NCBI GenBank assembly: GCA_003599255.1
Contig: QZJF01000017.1
Span: 35,940-99,939, forward strand
Source of the DNA: a candidate division WWE3 bacterium
Lineage (GTDB): Bacteria; Patescibacteriota; WWE3; UBA101185; UBA10185
Length of the DNA: 64,000 bases
Reading direction: 5' to 3'
The notes beneath the pieces were generated by a model that made no database searches, was not told the DNA's origin, and was given only the letters and a program-made list of their open reading frames with translations. The position numbers and the translations under genes are program-made. Shown one piece after another: positions 49,510 to 59,852 of this stretch (position 1 is the stretch's first letter; the number at the start of each line of letters is the position of its first letter).

Positions 49510-49842
49510 CGTATACCTCCGTATAGGTTGGGACGCGTCGCAACAAAGCGGCACATCCATTGGATTAGTGGCACCCTCTTTTTCAGGGATGAACACAAGC
49601 TACCCTCCAGTAGGGAACCTGAAAGGCAGTTCGTGTTCATCCACGAAGGGTGTGCGCCGATTATTGGTTCAAATGAATAAAATTTTAAAGAGCACAAACA
49701 CAACACTTCACACCATAGGTGCTACATGCTTTATTCTATTACTCTCTTTCCTCTCTTTTATTTGGGCAAAAAAAGCTGTAAAGCTTTTCCATTACAAACA
49801 ACTAAATCTTAATTGTCTGTATTTGAAAAGTTTTAAAACTTG

Positions 49843-49889
49843 AAGGGAAGGAAAAAATTCGGATAGAATCCGTAACGTTTTCCTTCCCC
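49843..49889 (-). terminator. hairpin terminator downstream of 49905..50585
   Basis: GGGAAGGAAAA...TTTTCCTTCCC perfect 11-bp stem, 4 nt after the stop codon. On the minus strand it is followed by a T-rich stretch. Confidence 0.35.
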
Positions 49890-49904
49890 TTTTCTCCGAA
49901 ACTG

Positions 49905-50585
49905 CTAAGCGGGTACTGCTTCTGCTTCTACAGGAACAGGTATTTCTTCCGCAGCAGGTTCGGGGGATGTATCGTGGCCGTTCTTGCCGTAGGGCTTGAA
50001 CATTTTGGCCTGTTCCTCTTCAGGAACATTATGCACCTTTGCCAGGGCCTCGAAGAATTCTTTCATACCCTTGGCGACCGGAACCAGCGTAGAGACACGT
50101 CCCTCGATACCGTTGATGCTGAATACGAAGTTGTGCGTTTCCGGGTTGTACATCACCGCAAATTCGCCGGACACAACTTGTGTTTTGGCCGGGGAGGGAG
50201 TGCGCACTATGTTCAGAAATTCCACCATTTCGACAGGGGTGCCAAAAAGGTTGAACTCGATGTTCCCACCGCCACGCCGAGGCTCGAGTTTCATGGTGGA
50301 CTTAGCCGCCAGATCCTTAATTGCCTCTTTCAATGCCTGGGGATCGTTCAGAAGGGCTAACAGCACGGCTAACTGGCGAAGTTCTTGCCATGCGGCTCCC
50401 CATTCAGTATCCAGGCGTACCCGTTCTTTCAAGTGGCTCTTGAGTGTATCCGGGTCAACATTGAACAGCGTCGATATCTGTTCCGGCAAAAGAAAAGCCT
50501 GCAGGTTGAGCCGAGTGTTTGCCACCCGCTGACGAGCTGGCTTTGCAGTGCCCTTATCATTGTGATTGTCTTTACTCATGATCAA
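49905..50585 (-). CDS. hypothetical cytoplasmic protein
   Basis: 226-aa ORF, GC-rich, with no recognised motif. Confidence 0.4.
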   Translation of the reverse strand: MIMSKDNHNDKGTAKPARQRVANTRLNLQAFLLPEQISTLFNVDPDTLKSHLKERVRLDTEWGAAWQELRQLAVLLALLNDPQALKEAIKDLAAKSTMKLEPRRGGGNIEFNLFGTPVEMVEFLNIVRTPSPAKTQVVSGEFAVMYNPETHNFVFSINGIEGRVSTLVPVAKGMKEFFEALAKVHNVPEEEQAKMFKPYGKNGHDTSPEPAAEEIPVPVEAEAVPA

Positions 50586-51021
50586 TCTCCTTTATACGTC
50601 TGATGGAATCGGTTAAAACTGAATTCAGCAATTCGGTTTTTCCTACGATATGTTGTTCAGGTGCACACCTCTCTTTCTTATTTTTTTTTCCTAGCTGGAT
50701 TAAGCTGGGATCATAGGTACTCGTATTCTCCAACAATTTGAAGAGAATAAGGGTATGTAAAATCCAAGCTTGAATCTGCTATAAGATAACCGAAACGGAA
50801 TGCTTGAAGTTTACACTAATGAAATAAAATGTCAACACATCGCATAGGGAATAAGTGGGCTATAGCTGGATAAAATACACATGAGATGTTGCGTTTTAAT
50901 TTACTCCAAGTATAATGACGACACATCTATATAGGCTAAGACCTAAAAGAAGGAGAGCTTATGAAAATTCGCACGTTGATCTCTAATTCCACATTCTCTA
51001 TTACGAAAGGATAAGGGAAAA

Positions 51022-52500
51022 ATGAAGAAATTTGTAACCACCTTGTTGCTGGCCGCGCTGGTGTTAGCGGGAGTTATGCCCTTGTTTAACAGCCGAAATG
51101 CAATGGCAGAAGCGCCGGTTTCCGGGCTTCCTGAAGCCCCTGCCGGTAGGAATGATTTAACCCCCATTTACGATGCAGAGGGAGTTCAGATCTATCCAGT
51201 GTTCCCTGACAAAACGGCTTTCGGTCAGGAACAGATAGTTTTTACGGTGGATATACCAACTGACCTGCAGGATGAAGTCTGTGAAGACCTGGATGATCCG
51301 TATATAGACCCGGCAACATGGGGCGACATGGACGACGCAGACAACCATGCCCGCCTGGACGTTGTTTACTGCAACGGAGCGTATCATTTCCGAGCATGGT
51401 CTGTCTGGGCAGGGCGTCCGCCAATGATCGGTGAATGGAACCTTCAGAGGCTTGTCCTCGACTGGCAACTTACCAACCTTACCGACAATGTGATTTATGA
51501 CAGTGGGCATTTGGAAACTGTCGAAGATCCTGTCGAGGAAGGCGGACCCGCGGTTGTTGAGGGACAAGTGGTGCTTCCCGTGTCGGGCAAGACCTACCGA
51601 ATGCATGTCATTGCGTACACCAGACAACTGGGGTGCGATAACGGCAGTGGTCAGATAGAGTTTATCTCAACACAGGTCGCGCCGGTCGGTCAGATCGACG
51701 TCCTGAAAACCGATCAGAACAACAATCCCGTTTCCGACGTTACAATGGAAATGTGGTTCCGAAACAAGGTCGGGGAGTGGGAACTTGGATCCGTTAAACA
51801 AACCGATACGGCAGGCAACGTTTCTTTCGCCGCGCCGCAAGGTAACTATAAAATCGCGGAACAGCTGGACACCCTGCCGACAATGTCTTATCCGGTGAGT
51901 CCTGCAACAGGAGAAACCGAAGAGTTCTTGGTAGATCCTGAGCATCAGGTTGTGCAGGTAGAATTCGTCAATTTTGTGCCGAAGGTTATCTATCTGCCGC
52001 TGATCATCAAATCAGGACCTCCGGAGGTCTGTACCCGCTCGGCCCAGATTTCTTACATTGACCGGGCCGGTCTGTACCAGTCGGTGATCCGTAAGTTCAC
52101 TTCAACCGGTGCCGAAGTATTCAGTGTAGGAGTTCTTCCATACGCAAGAGTGCTGACAATAAGCATGACCGACGGGAATCCCGTTGAACTCATGACTATT
52201 CAGTCAGTTACGGCGGACGGGGGCAGATATACATACACCGACGACCAAGGACCCGTATGGAAATACGCGGGAACCTGGGACCACGACAAGGACATCCTTC
52301 CTGCCGATGTAACGTGGCTGCGTGTTGTGGACATTCACAACGCCATTGCCGAGTACCATGAGGGGGATGAGTTGTGTGTGCTTAATGTGCAGGCCCAGTG
52401 GGATCCGCCCGAGCTTCAGCAGCTTCAAGAGCAACTAGTCGGGGGCGCCATTACTCCTGCAACTTTCTACGAAGCGGCAGCTATTCTTTCAGGAAAATAA
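51022..52500 (+). CDS. secreted hypothetical protein
   Basis: Clear signal peptide MKKFVTTLLLAALVLAGVMPLFNSRNAMA and a 492-aa mature protein with no recognised catalytic motif. Confidence 0.5.
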   Translation: MKKFVTTLLLAALVLAGVMPLFNSRNAMAEAPVSGLPEAPAGRNDLTPIYDAEGVQIYPVFPDKTAFGQEQIVFTVDIPTDLQDEVCEDLDDPYIDPATWGDMDDADNHARLDVVYCNGAYHFRAWSVWAGRPPMIGEWNLQRLVLDWQLTNLTDNVIYDSGHLETVEDPVEEGGPAVVEGQVVLPVSGKTYRMHVIAYTRQLGCDNGSGQIEFISTQVAPVGQIDVLKTDQNNNPVSDVTMEMWFRNKVGEWELGSVKQTDTAGNVSFAAPQGNYKIAEQLDTLPTMSYPVSPATGETEEFLVDPEHQVVQVEFVNFVPKVIYLPLIIKSGPPEVCTRSAQISYIDRAGLYQSVIRKFTSTGAEVFSVGVLPYARVLTISMTDGNPVELMTIQSVTADGGRYTYTDDQGPVWKYAGTWDHDKDILPADVTWLRVVDIHNAIAEYHEGDELCVLNVQAQWDPPELQQLQEQLVGGAITPATFYEAAAILSGK

Positions 52501-52587
52501 CGTCCTGAGTACCTGCCTGGCAACGTAGACCAAACCAAAGAGCTATGATCAGAAATCTGAACATAGCTCTTTTTTTATCTGTAAAAA

Positions 52588-54840
52588 TTAGGCTTGAGGC
52601 CAGGGACTTGCCGCGAGATCGACAGAATCCGCTCGGGGAATTTCCTGCCAGATCGCTTCGGTAACAAAAGGCATAAAAGGATGTAAAAGTTTCAAACATT
52701 CCGTCATTACATGATGCAAAACACCCAGGGAAACTTTCTTGTCCTCCAGGTTTTTAACATGTTCTATATAGTTATCTGCCACCTCGTGCCACATGAATTG
52801 ATAAATGTCCTCTCCGGCATCGGCAAATCTGTATTTGACCAGGTTTTTGTCCACCTTTTTTATTAGACCTTCCAGCCCTTTCAAAACCTCCTTGTCCTTC
52901 TTGGACATGGCTTTCTCCGCTTCTTTTGAAGGAAGAATCAAGTCAGCGTATTTAGTAATGTCTTCTTTTTCCATCATCATCAGCATAAATCTGGTCATAT
53001 TCCAGATCTTATTGGCAAAATTTCTATATCCGATGATTTTATCCCTGGGAAAATTGAAATCTTTCCCGTTAGCGGTTCCGCTGATCAACCCCATACGTAA
53101 AGCGTCAACCCCGTATTTTTCCATATACTCTTCAGGATTTATTACGTTGCCCAAGCTTTTACTCATTTTTTTACCGTCAATGGCACGAATATGCCCGTGT
53201 AGGTAAACCTCGTGGAACGGCACGTCTCCCGTCAGATAAATTCCAAACATAACCATTCGGGACACCCAGCGTGTAACAATTTCCCAACCGGTCTCAAGAA
53301 CACTGGTGGGATAATAGTACTTGTAGTCTTCAGAATTGGGATATCTAAGGGTAACCAGTGGCCATTGCCCGCTGCTGAACCACGTATCAAACGTGTCTGT
53401 CTCCTGCAAATATCCTGTGCCTGGGCTAGTCTTGGAAACTACATATTTACTGGATTTCGGCGCATACAATGTCTGTAGTCCTTTTTCTATTGTTTCCAAT
53501 GAATAATCTTTCAGAAGTTCCCCGGCCTTGCCCGTGATAAAATTGCCGGTATCGTCAAGAAAAGCAAGAGTGATTTCGGGATTTTCATCCAATTTGTACC
53601 ATGCGGGAACCCTGATTCCCCACACAACCTGTCTGGAAATGGCCCAATCGTGCATATTTTCAACCCATCTTGTATAAGTTATCTCCCGCCATTTGGGAAA
53701 TATTTTAAGTTTCTTTTGTTTAACTACATCAAGCGCAGGTTTTTTTAACGATTTCTTGGGGTGATCCACTTTTATAAACCAATTTGGCAAAACCAGCTGT
53801 TCTATGTAATCTTCACTCCTATAGTCAACCGGAACTAGATGTTCATAGGACTCATCGATCTTTTCAATTGAACCTAGAGCCTGCAGATCCTCGGTTATCT
53901 GCTTTCTGGCTTCCAGAACCTTTAAATCTGCGTATTTTCCGGCGTTAGCACTCATTCTACCATCAGTGCTAATAACGTTTTTTACCTCCAACCCGTGCCT
54001 AATTCCTATCTCGAAGTCATTTTTATCGTGCGCAGGGGTAACTTTCAACACACCCGTGCCGAACTTGGGATCGACATAGCTATCGGCTATAACTTTTAGA
54101 CTATTAGGGCCTGTAACATCTTCAAACTCTATGACTTTGCCAACGAAGTTTTTGTATCTTTTGTCTTTAGGATTTACCGCCAAAGCAGTGTCTCCCAGTT
54201 TCGTTTCCGGACGAACAGTAGCCACGGTTAGGGGGCCGTACTTTATGTAGTACAGAGGGTCTTTCCTTTCTTTGAAAGTAATTTCCGCGTCGCTGAAGGT
54301 GGTACCCCATTTGAAAGAGTAGTTAACAACATAATCATCCCTATAAACCAGGCCTTCCTTTTCCATTTTTTCAAAGGTGGAGAGCACTATATCCACGGCA
54401 TCATTATCAAGTGTAAAAGTGTACCTGCTCCAGTCAACACTGGCGCCCATCTGACGGATCTGCGTTTCTATCAACCCTTTGTTTTCCTGCACAAAATTCC
54501 AAATCATGGAATAAAGAGTATTACGGTCGTAGTCAAAACGCGATTTACCCTTTTTCCTTAATTCACGTTCAAAGGTAGTCTGGGTTTCAAACCCTGCGTG
54601 ATCCGTACCGGGGAGCCACAAAGCAGAATATCCCTGCATTCTTTTCCAACGGATTAACAAATCCTCAATTGCAATCATCAGAACATTGCCTGTGTGCATC
54701 TTGCCGGAGGCATTTGGGGGCGGAAGCACTATAGTAAAGGGCTTTTTCTTGGGGTCTCTTTCCGCGTGAAAATAATTACCTTCTTCCCATCTTTTAAGTA
54801 TCTTTTCTTCTATTTTTTTATGCTCAAATTTTGAATCCAT
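52588..54840 (-). CDS. valS: class-I aminoacyl-tRNA synthetase, most likely valyl-tRNA synthetase (short form)
   Basis: TIVLPPPNASGKMHTGN (ValRS-type PPPN..G..H.G HIGH region) and KMSKSLGNVI. The 750-aa length lacks the long C-terminal coiled coil. Confidence 0.6.
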   Translation of the reverse strand: MDSKFEHKKIEEKILKRWEEGNYFHAERDPKKKPFTIVLPPPNASGKMHTGNVLMIAIEDLLIRWKRMQGYSALWLPGTDHAGFETQTTFERELRKKGKSRFDYDRNTLYSMIWNFVQENKGLIETQIRQMGASVDWSRYTFTLDNDAVDIVLSTFEKMEKEGLVYRDDYVVNYSFKWGTTFSDAEITFKERKDPLYYIKYGPLTVATVRPETKLGDTALAVNPKDKRYKNFVGKVIEFEDVTGPNSLKVIADSYVDPKFGTGVLKVTPAHDKNDFEIGIRHGLEVKNVISTDGRMSANAGKYADLKVLEARKQITEDLQALGSIEKIDESYEHLVPVDYRSEDYIEQLVLPNWFIKVDHPKKSLKKPALDVVKQKKLKIFPKWREITYTRWVENMHDWAISRQVVWGIRVPAWYKLDENPEITLAFLDDTGNFITGKAGELLKDYSLETIEKGLQTLYAPKSSKYVVSKTSPGTGYLQETDTFDTWFSSGQWPLVTLRYPNSEDYKYYYPTSVLETGWEIVTRWVSRMVMFGIYLTGDVPFHEVYLHGHIRAIDGKKMSKSLGNVINPEEYMEKYGVDALRMGLISGTANGKDFNFPRDKIIGYRNFANKIWNMTRFMLMMMEKEDITKYADLILPSKEAEKAMSKKDKEVLKGLEGLIKKVDKNLVKYRFADAGEDIYQFMWHEVADNYIEHVKNLEDKKVSLGVLHHVMTECLKLLHPFMPFVTEAIWQEIPRADSVDLAASPWPQA

Positions 54841-55192
54841 CTTAAACTACCTCAAAAATAAGTATACCTCAGGCAGAAAACAAAAAAACCTCCGCAAAAT
54901 CGAGAGGTTCTACTAATAGTAGAAGGTACCAACCTTCTCCGTACTTATTGTAGCTGTTACGGGCTTTCCCGTCGGGGTCTAATTGCCAGCGCCTATGACC
55001 TGCATAGCTTTCTTCCCGAGGCTAGCCGAACGACATTAGTTCCGGCTTAAACGCCTTTTCGAATTTTACAGATTATAACATAAGAAAAATGTTAGTGATC
55101 CTAGATGCAGTATACGACTTATAGTAGTTGCGGGCGGGGAATTTACCCTGTATAATGGGCAAATCATATAGGACACCTACAACGGAGGAAAA

Positions 55193-55393
55193 ATGGACGA
55201 AAAATTGTTCAAGGTAATTTTTTTGGTTGCCGCCTTCTCACTCACCATGCTGACGGGCGCATACAACCAGAACCGGCTGATCAAATACGAGGCGCGAAAC
55301 TATGGCACCGTCAGCCGCCTCACCCTGAATCTGGGAAATGCCGGCGCTTTCACCACAGCCTTCTTTGCTGTCGTAGCGGCCCTCCTCATCTAA
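55193..55393 (+). CDS. small hypothetical membrane protein
   Basis: 66 aa with two hydrophobic helices and a GGAGGAAAAATG-type RBS. Confidence 0.3.
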   Translation: MDEKLFKVIFLVAAFSLTMLTGAYNQNRLIKYEARNYGTVSRLTLNLGNAGAFTTAFFAVVAALLI

Positions 55394-55494
55394 ACGTGCC
55401 CTGCAACACCGCAACCGCTCTTCCTGAGACATAAAATCATCAAATCTCCGGAAGGGCGGTATTTTTTTTAACAATACGCTATAATACAAAGTAA

Positions 55495-57222
55495 ATGCGA
55501 TACTCCAAAATATTCGGAAAAACAAATAAAAGCGCGAAAGAATACGATTCCGTCAATGCAACTCTTTTGATCAGGGGAGGATTCATTGACCAAACCATGG
55601 CCGGTGTATATACATATCTTCCGCTCGGCTTGCGGGTACTAAACAAGCTTTCCGGCATTGTTCGGGAAGAAATGAATAAAATTGCAGATGAAATGTTAAT
55701 GCCTGCATTGGCACCTAAATCGTTGTGGGAAGCAACGGATAGGTTAAACAATGTGGACATACTCTACAAAGTGGTTCCGGCCAATCCGGCTTCAAAACTA
55801 AAAAACGACGCGGATTACGTACTAAACTCGACTCATGAAGAGGTTATAACCCCGATCGCAAAAAACTTTAATTATAGTTACAAAGATCTACCTTTTGCCG
55901 TGTACCAGATTCAATTTAAATTCAGAAATGAGGCGCGTCCTAAATCAGGCCTTTTACGCGGAAGGGAGTTCTTAATGAAAGATCTCTATAGCTTCCACAG
56001 GAGTGAAGAGGATTTGAAATCTTACTATTCGGTTGTTAAAGAAGCATATTTTAAGGTGCTGGATAGAGTGGGACTAAAGAACGATTCCCATTATGTCGCG
56101 GCTTCCGGAGGAGATTTTACCGACGACTTCTCGCATGAATTTCAGGTAAAGTGTGATACCGGCGAAGACACAATATTTTACTCACCCGACGATGATGTTG
56201 CGTACAATAGGGAAGTTGCTCCATCTCTGGCACCGGAAAAAGCACAAAGGGAGAAACCCCAGGAAATGAAAGAGGTGCTAACACAAGGAGTAACCGGGGT
56301 TAAGGAATTATGTGAATTCCTGAACGTATCTCCTGAAAAAACCACCAAAACTATTATTTACGAGTCGGATCAGGGCCCCTTGATAGCATGTGTGAGAGGG
56401 GATTACGAAATCAACGAAGAAAAACTGAGGAAATCAGCGGGAGTCAAATGGATAAAACTGGCCGATAACGAAATCGTTAAAAATCTCACCGGCGCCGAAA
56501 CAGGATACGCAGGAATAATTAACCTACCGGACAATGTTAAGCTCTTTGTAGATGAATCAGTAAAATATCTTACCAATTTTGAAACCGGAGCAAACAAAAC
56601 CGATTATCATTACACAAACGTGAACTGGTACAGGGATGTCCCTATGCCGGAAGTACTATACGACATAAAACTCGCAAAGGAGGGGGATTTATATCCGGAT
56701 ACAGGCAAACCCTATGTGGTATTTAAAGGCAGTGAGGTTGGAAATATTTTTCCTTTGAATACCAAGTTTTCAAAAGCCTTTAACTACTTCTTTACTAATG
56801 AGAAGGGACAACAGGAGATAGTATATACAGCCAGCTATGGCCTGGGGATCAGCCGGTTAATGGGAGTGCTGGTGGAAAAATTTCACGACGAAAAAGGAAT
56901 CGCATGGCCTGAAAATGTTGCCCCTTATAAAGTGCATCTCATAGGATTAAATCTTGACGCAGCCGATGTTAAGACAAGAACAGAGGGCGTTTATACAATG
57001 CTCAAAGATCGGAACGTAGAAGTACTATATGACGACAGGGAAAACGTATCTCCAGGAGAAAAGTTTGCAGATGCGGATCTGATAGGTATTCCCGTAAGGT
57101 TAGTTGTTTCAAGCAAAACAGGAAACAAAATCGAATTCAAGAAACGCAACGAGAACAAAGCAAAAACAATAACAGAAGAAGAAGTATTTGCTGAATTAAA
57201 GGAGGGCCAGAAAAATGGATAA
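55495..57222 (+). CDS. proS: prolyl-tRNA synthetase
   Basis: N-terminal MRYSKIFGKT...LLIRGGFIDQTMAGVYTYLPLGLRVLNKL matches the bacterial ProRS signature. 575 aa. Confidence 0.8.
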   Translation: MRYSKIFGKTNKSAKEYDSVNATLLIRGGFIDQTMAGVYTYLPLGLRVLNKLSGIVREEMNKIADEMLMPALAPKSLWEATDRLNNVDILYKVVPANPASKLKNDADYVLNSTHEEVITPIAKNFNYSYKDLPFAVYQIQFKFRNEARPKSGLLRGREFLMKDLYSFHRSEEDLKSYYSVVKEAYFKVLDRVGLKNDSHYVAASGGDFTDDFSHEFQVKCDTGEDTIFYSPDDDVAYNREVAPSLAPEKAQREKPQEMKEVLTQGVTGVKELCEFLNVSPEKTTKTIIYESDQGPLIACVRGDYEINEEKLRKSAGVKWIKLADNEIVKNLTGAETGYAGIINLPDNVKLFVDESVKYLTNFETGANKTDYHYTNVNWYRDVPMPEVLYDIKLAKEGDLYPDTGKPYVVFKGSEVGNIFPLNTKFSKAFNYFFTNEKGQQEIVYTASYGLGISRLMGVLVEKFHDEKGIAWPENVAPYKVHLIGLNLDAADVKTRTEGVYTMLKDRNVEVLYDDRENVSPGEKFADADLIGIPVRLVVSSKTGNKIEFKKRNENKAKTITEEEVFAELKEGQKNG

Positions 57223-57448
57223 AAACTTTAAAAAAGCTGTACTTATTTTTTTTATTTCCGTGCTGTCCTTTATCGCGGGTGTTTGGACGCTTGACACATT
57301 CAACAGGAAAATGGGCGCGGATATTGATGGGATAAAAGAATGGGTGGAGAACATCGAAAGAATAAGAAATTCACCTACAGAGATCATCGAAACTACTTCC
57401 TCAACAGAATCACTTCCATCTTTGGATACAGCTCCCGCCGTAAATTAA
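57215..57448 (+). CDS. small hypothetical membrane-anchored protein
   Basis: 77 aa with an N-terminal TM helix. It overlaps the proS stop. Confidence 0.3.
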   Translation: MDKNFKKAVLIFFISVLSFIAGVWTLDTFNRKMGADIDGIKEWVENIERIRNSPTEIIETTSSTESLPSLDTAPAVN

Positions 57449-58488
57449 ACTTTACTCAAAATAGACAAGGAAGGATCTGCCTTGAGCTGACTCAAAGGTC
57501 TGGGTGTGTAATTGAAATATGCCGCTGATGCAATATATATCGCGTTGTCAGTACACAGATTCATTGGAGGTATTTTAACGGCAAGGCCTGCAGCCACGGC
57601 TTCCGTATTCATTCTGGAGCGCAGTTTGGTATTAGCTGCAACCCCTCCACCGAGCAGAAGGCTCTTTGCTTTGAATTCTTTTGCGGCCCGCATAGTCTTA
57701 CTCACCAGAACATCCACTACGGCCTCCTCAAACTCATAGGCTATTTTGTCTGCGGAGTAGCTTGAGTTTTCAACAACACGTTTCACAGAAGTTTTCAAAC
57801 CGGAAAAAGAAAAGTCGTAATTATTTTTATCCAAAAGAGGTCTTGGGAGAAAACTATCCGCATCCTGGGCGTTAAATGAAGAAGCTAATCGGGACAGCTC
57901 CGCACCTCCCAGATATTTTGAAAGTCCGAGAAGGCGTGCTGTTTTATCAAAAGCTTCCCCGGCAGCGTCATCCAGCGTGCTTCCTATAAATTCCAGGTTT
58001 CCGTGACCTTTCATAAGTACAAGATCCGTGTGTCCTCCGCTTACTATTAAAACCAAAGCCGGAAATTCAATAGGATTCTCACCATTTTCCGTATTCACAA
58101 AATTTGCATAAATGTGTCCAACCAAGTGGTTAACGGGTACAATAGGCTTTCCCCAGGCGAGGGAAAGGGTTTTTGCCGCCTCAACTCCTATTAACAACGA
58201 ACCAATAAGTCCCGGGCCAACCGTAACGGCCAATGAATCAATAGCTGCTATAGTTTCCACGCGATTTCCGGCATTTATTGCCTTTCCAAAATCCGCTAAC
58301 GTTTTCGATAAGACAGGAATAATAAACTCTATTTGTTTACGGGCTGCAATCTCCGGAACTATTCCCCCTGTGGTTTCGTGCAGTTCTTTGGAGGAAGCTA
58401 TAGTAGAGGCGACAAGATCGGTGCCATCCCCAACTACCGCTGCAGCCGTTTCATCGCAGGATGTTTCAATACCCAAAATATATTTCAT
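57445..58488 (-). CDS. tsaD: tRNA N6-adenosine threonylcarbamoyltransferase TsaD
   Basis: MKYILGIETSCDETAAAVV... is the hallmark Kae1/TsaD N-terminus. 347 aa. Confidence 0.85.
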   Translation of the reverse strand: MKYILGIETSCDETAAAVVGDGTDLVASTIASSKELHETTGGIVPEIAARKQIEFIIPVLSKTLADFGKAINAGNRVETIAAIDSLAVTVGPGLIGSLLIGVEAAKTLSLAWGKPIVPVNHLVGHIYANFVNTENGENPIEFPALVLIVSGGHTDLVLMKGHGNLEFIGSTLDDAAGEAFDKTARLLGLSKYLGGAELSRLASSFNAQDADSFLPRPLLDKNNYDFSFSGLKTSVKRVVENSSYSADKIAYEFEEAVVDVLVSKTMRAAKEFKAKSLLLGGGVAANTKLRSRMNTEAVAAGLAVKIPPMNLCTDNAIYIASAAYFNYTPRPLSQLKADPSLSILSKV

Positions 58489-58516
58489 AACTCAGCTATT
58501 ATATAGTAAAGGAAAC

Positions 58517-59836
58517 TTATTTGGAGTTAATAACCTTATCTTTAGCAGTTTTAAGAACAACTGCCGGGTCTGATTTGGTTACTGCAACTTCATTTACAGC
58601 GGTAAAGAGAGCATCCACCGCAGTTTTATTACCGGATCGGGCGGTTATACGTCCCGTATTAGCAAAAGAGGCGGTATCCAACAAAGGCTTCAAATAAGGA
58701 TTGGAGTCCAGCTGGGATCTTAATGTGACAGAGCTGTAGGCAGAACCGAATTTGCGGTAGACACTATTTTCGCTGTAATAAGAGAGTTGCTGATCGTCCT
58801 GAGAAAGGAAATTTATAAAATCCCAGGCAGCTGCGGAATTGGAGCTACCTGCGGGGACAGCCAACATCCAAAAAGACGCCCATGCCGCGGGAGTATCAGG
58901 CAAAGCCTGCGGAACCGGAGCAACCCCTATCTCCAAATCAGGGCGGGCTGCAACAATATCAAGAAGGTTCCAAGTGGGAACAAATATCATCGAAACTTTT
59001 TCCTGTGCAAAAGCAGCGGAAGCTTCAGGCATGCTTAAATCCCAGACTTTATCTTCAGTCATGAAATTTGTATAAAAAGATAGAGCGTCTTGAGCTGCTT
59101 TAGAATCGAGATCTGCAGGTATATTCACCTGAGCTTGAGAAAACATCAGACCGAGTATATCGGAAAAAAAGTGAATGTTGTCTGCGGCACCCATAGCTGC
59201 CCCTGCGCGGACGATTGTATTTTGCTGACCTCGTATAGTGAGTTCAAGGGCCAATCTTCTGAACTCTTCCCAAGCGGTCGGAGGCTCTGTCTGATCAATT
59301 TCTTCAAAATGGGCCTTGTTGTAAACCAGTACAAGCCCGTCATAGTAAAGGGGAATTGCGTACACGTTGTTATCCATAACTGCGGATCTCTGTGCAGCGG
59401 GATAAAATTTATTCACATAATCCTGAGAAGATATCACACCGGAAGGTGCAGGCAACAAAGCGTCTTTAAGTCCCGGTACCCACGTATTGTGCACAAAAAC
59501 TATATCAGGGGCGCCTTCCTGTCCGGCCCTTGTATACACTGTTTCCTTATAGTCCTCCAGTTTTAATACGGAACGATCGTCGTAATTAATAGTCACATTA
59601 GGGTGAGACTCCTTATATTTGTTTATGAGTTTTTCCATTGTGGCTGGATTTTCCCACAACCCCCAAATGTTTAGGGTCACGGGCTGACCTGTAGGAACAG
59701 AAGGAGTCTGTCCGCCTCCAAAAAATCTCCCTATAACCGGGAGGTCCTGAAGAGTACAGGCAGTAATAAAAAGAGGGAGAACTATTAATAGGGCAGTAAC
59801 AAGAATTTTATTTCTCATTATGTAAATTATATTCAT
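58517..59836 (-). CDS. ABC transporter substrate-binding lipoprotein (sugar/solute-binding family 1-like)
   Basis: Lipoprotein signal (LFITACTL) and a ~410-aa periplasmic-binding-protein-like domain. Confidence 0.55.
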   Translation of the reverse strand: MNIIYIMRNKILVTALLIVLPLFITACTLQDLPVIGRFFGGGQTPSVPTGQPVTLNIWGLWENPATMEKLINKYKESHPNVTINYDDRSVLKLEDYKETVYTRAGQEGAPDIVFVHNTWVPGLKDALLPAPSGVISSQDYVNKFYPAAQRSAVMDNNVYAIPLYYDGLVLVYNKAHFEEIDQTEPPTAWEEFRRLALELTIRGQQNTIVRAGAAMGAADNIHFFSDILGLMFSQAQVNIPADLDSKAAQDALSFYTNFMTEDKVWDLSMPEASAAFAQEKVSMIFVPTWNLLDIVAARPDLEIGVAPVPQALPDTPAAWASFWMLAVPAGSSNSAAAWDFINFLSQDDQQLSYYSENSVYRKFGSAYSSVTLRSQLDSNPYLKPLLDTASFANTGRITARSGNKTAVDALFTAVNEVAVTKSDPAVVLKTAKDKVINSK

Positions 59837-59852
59837 ATCATGCAGTCATTGT

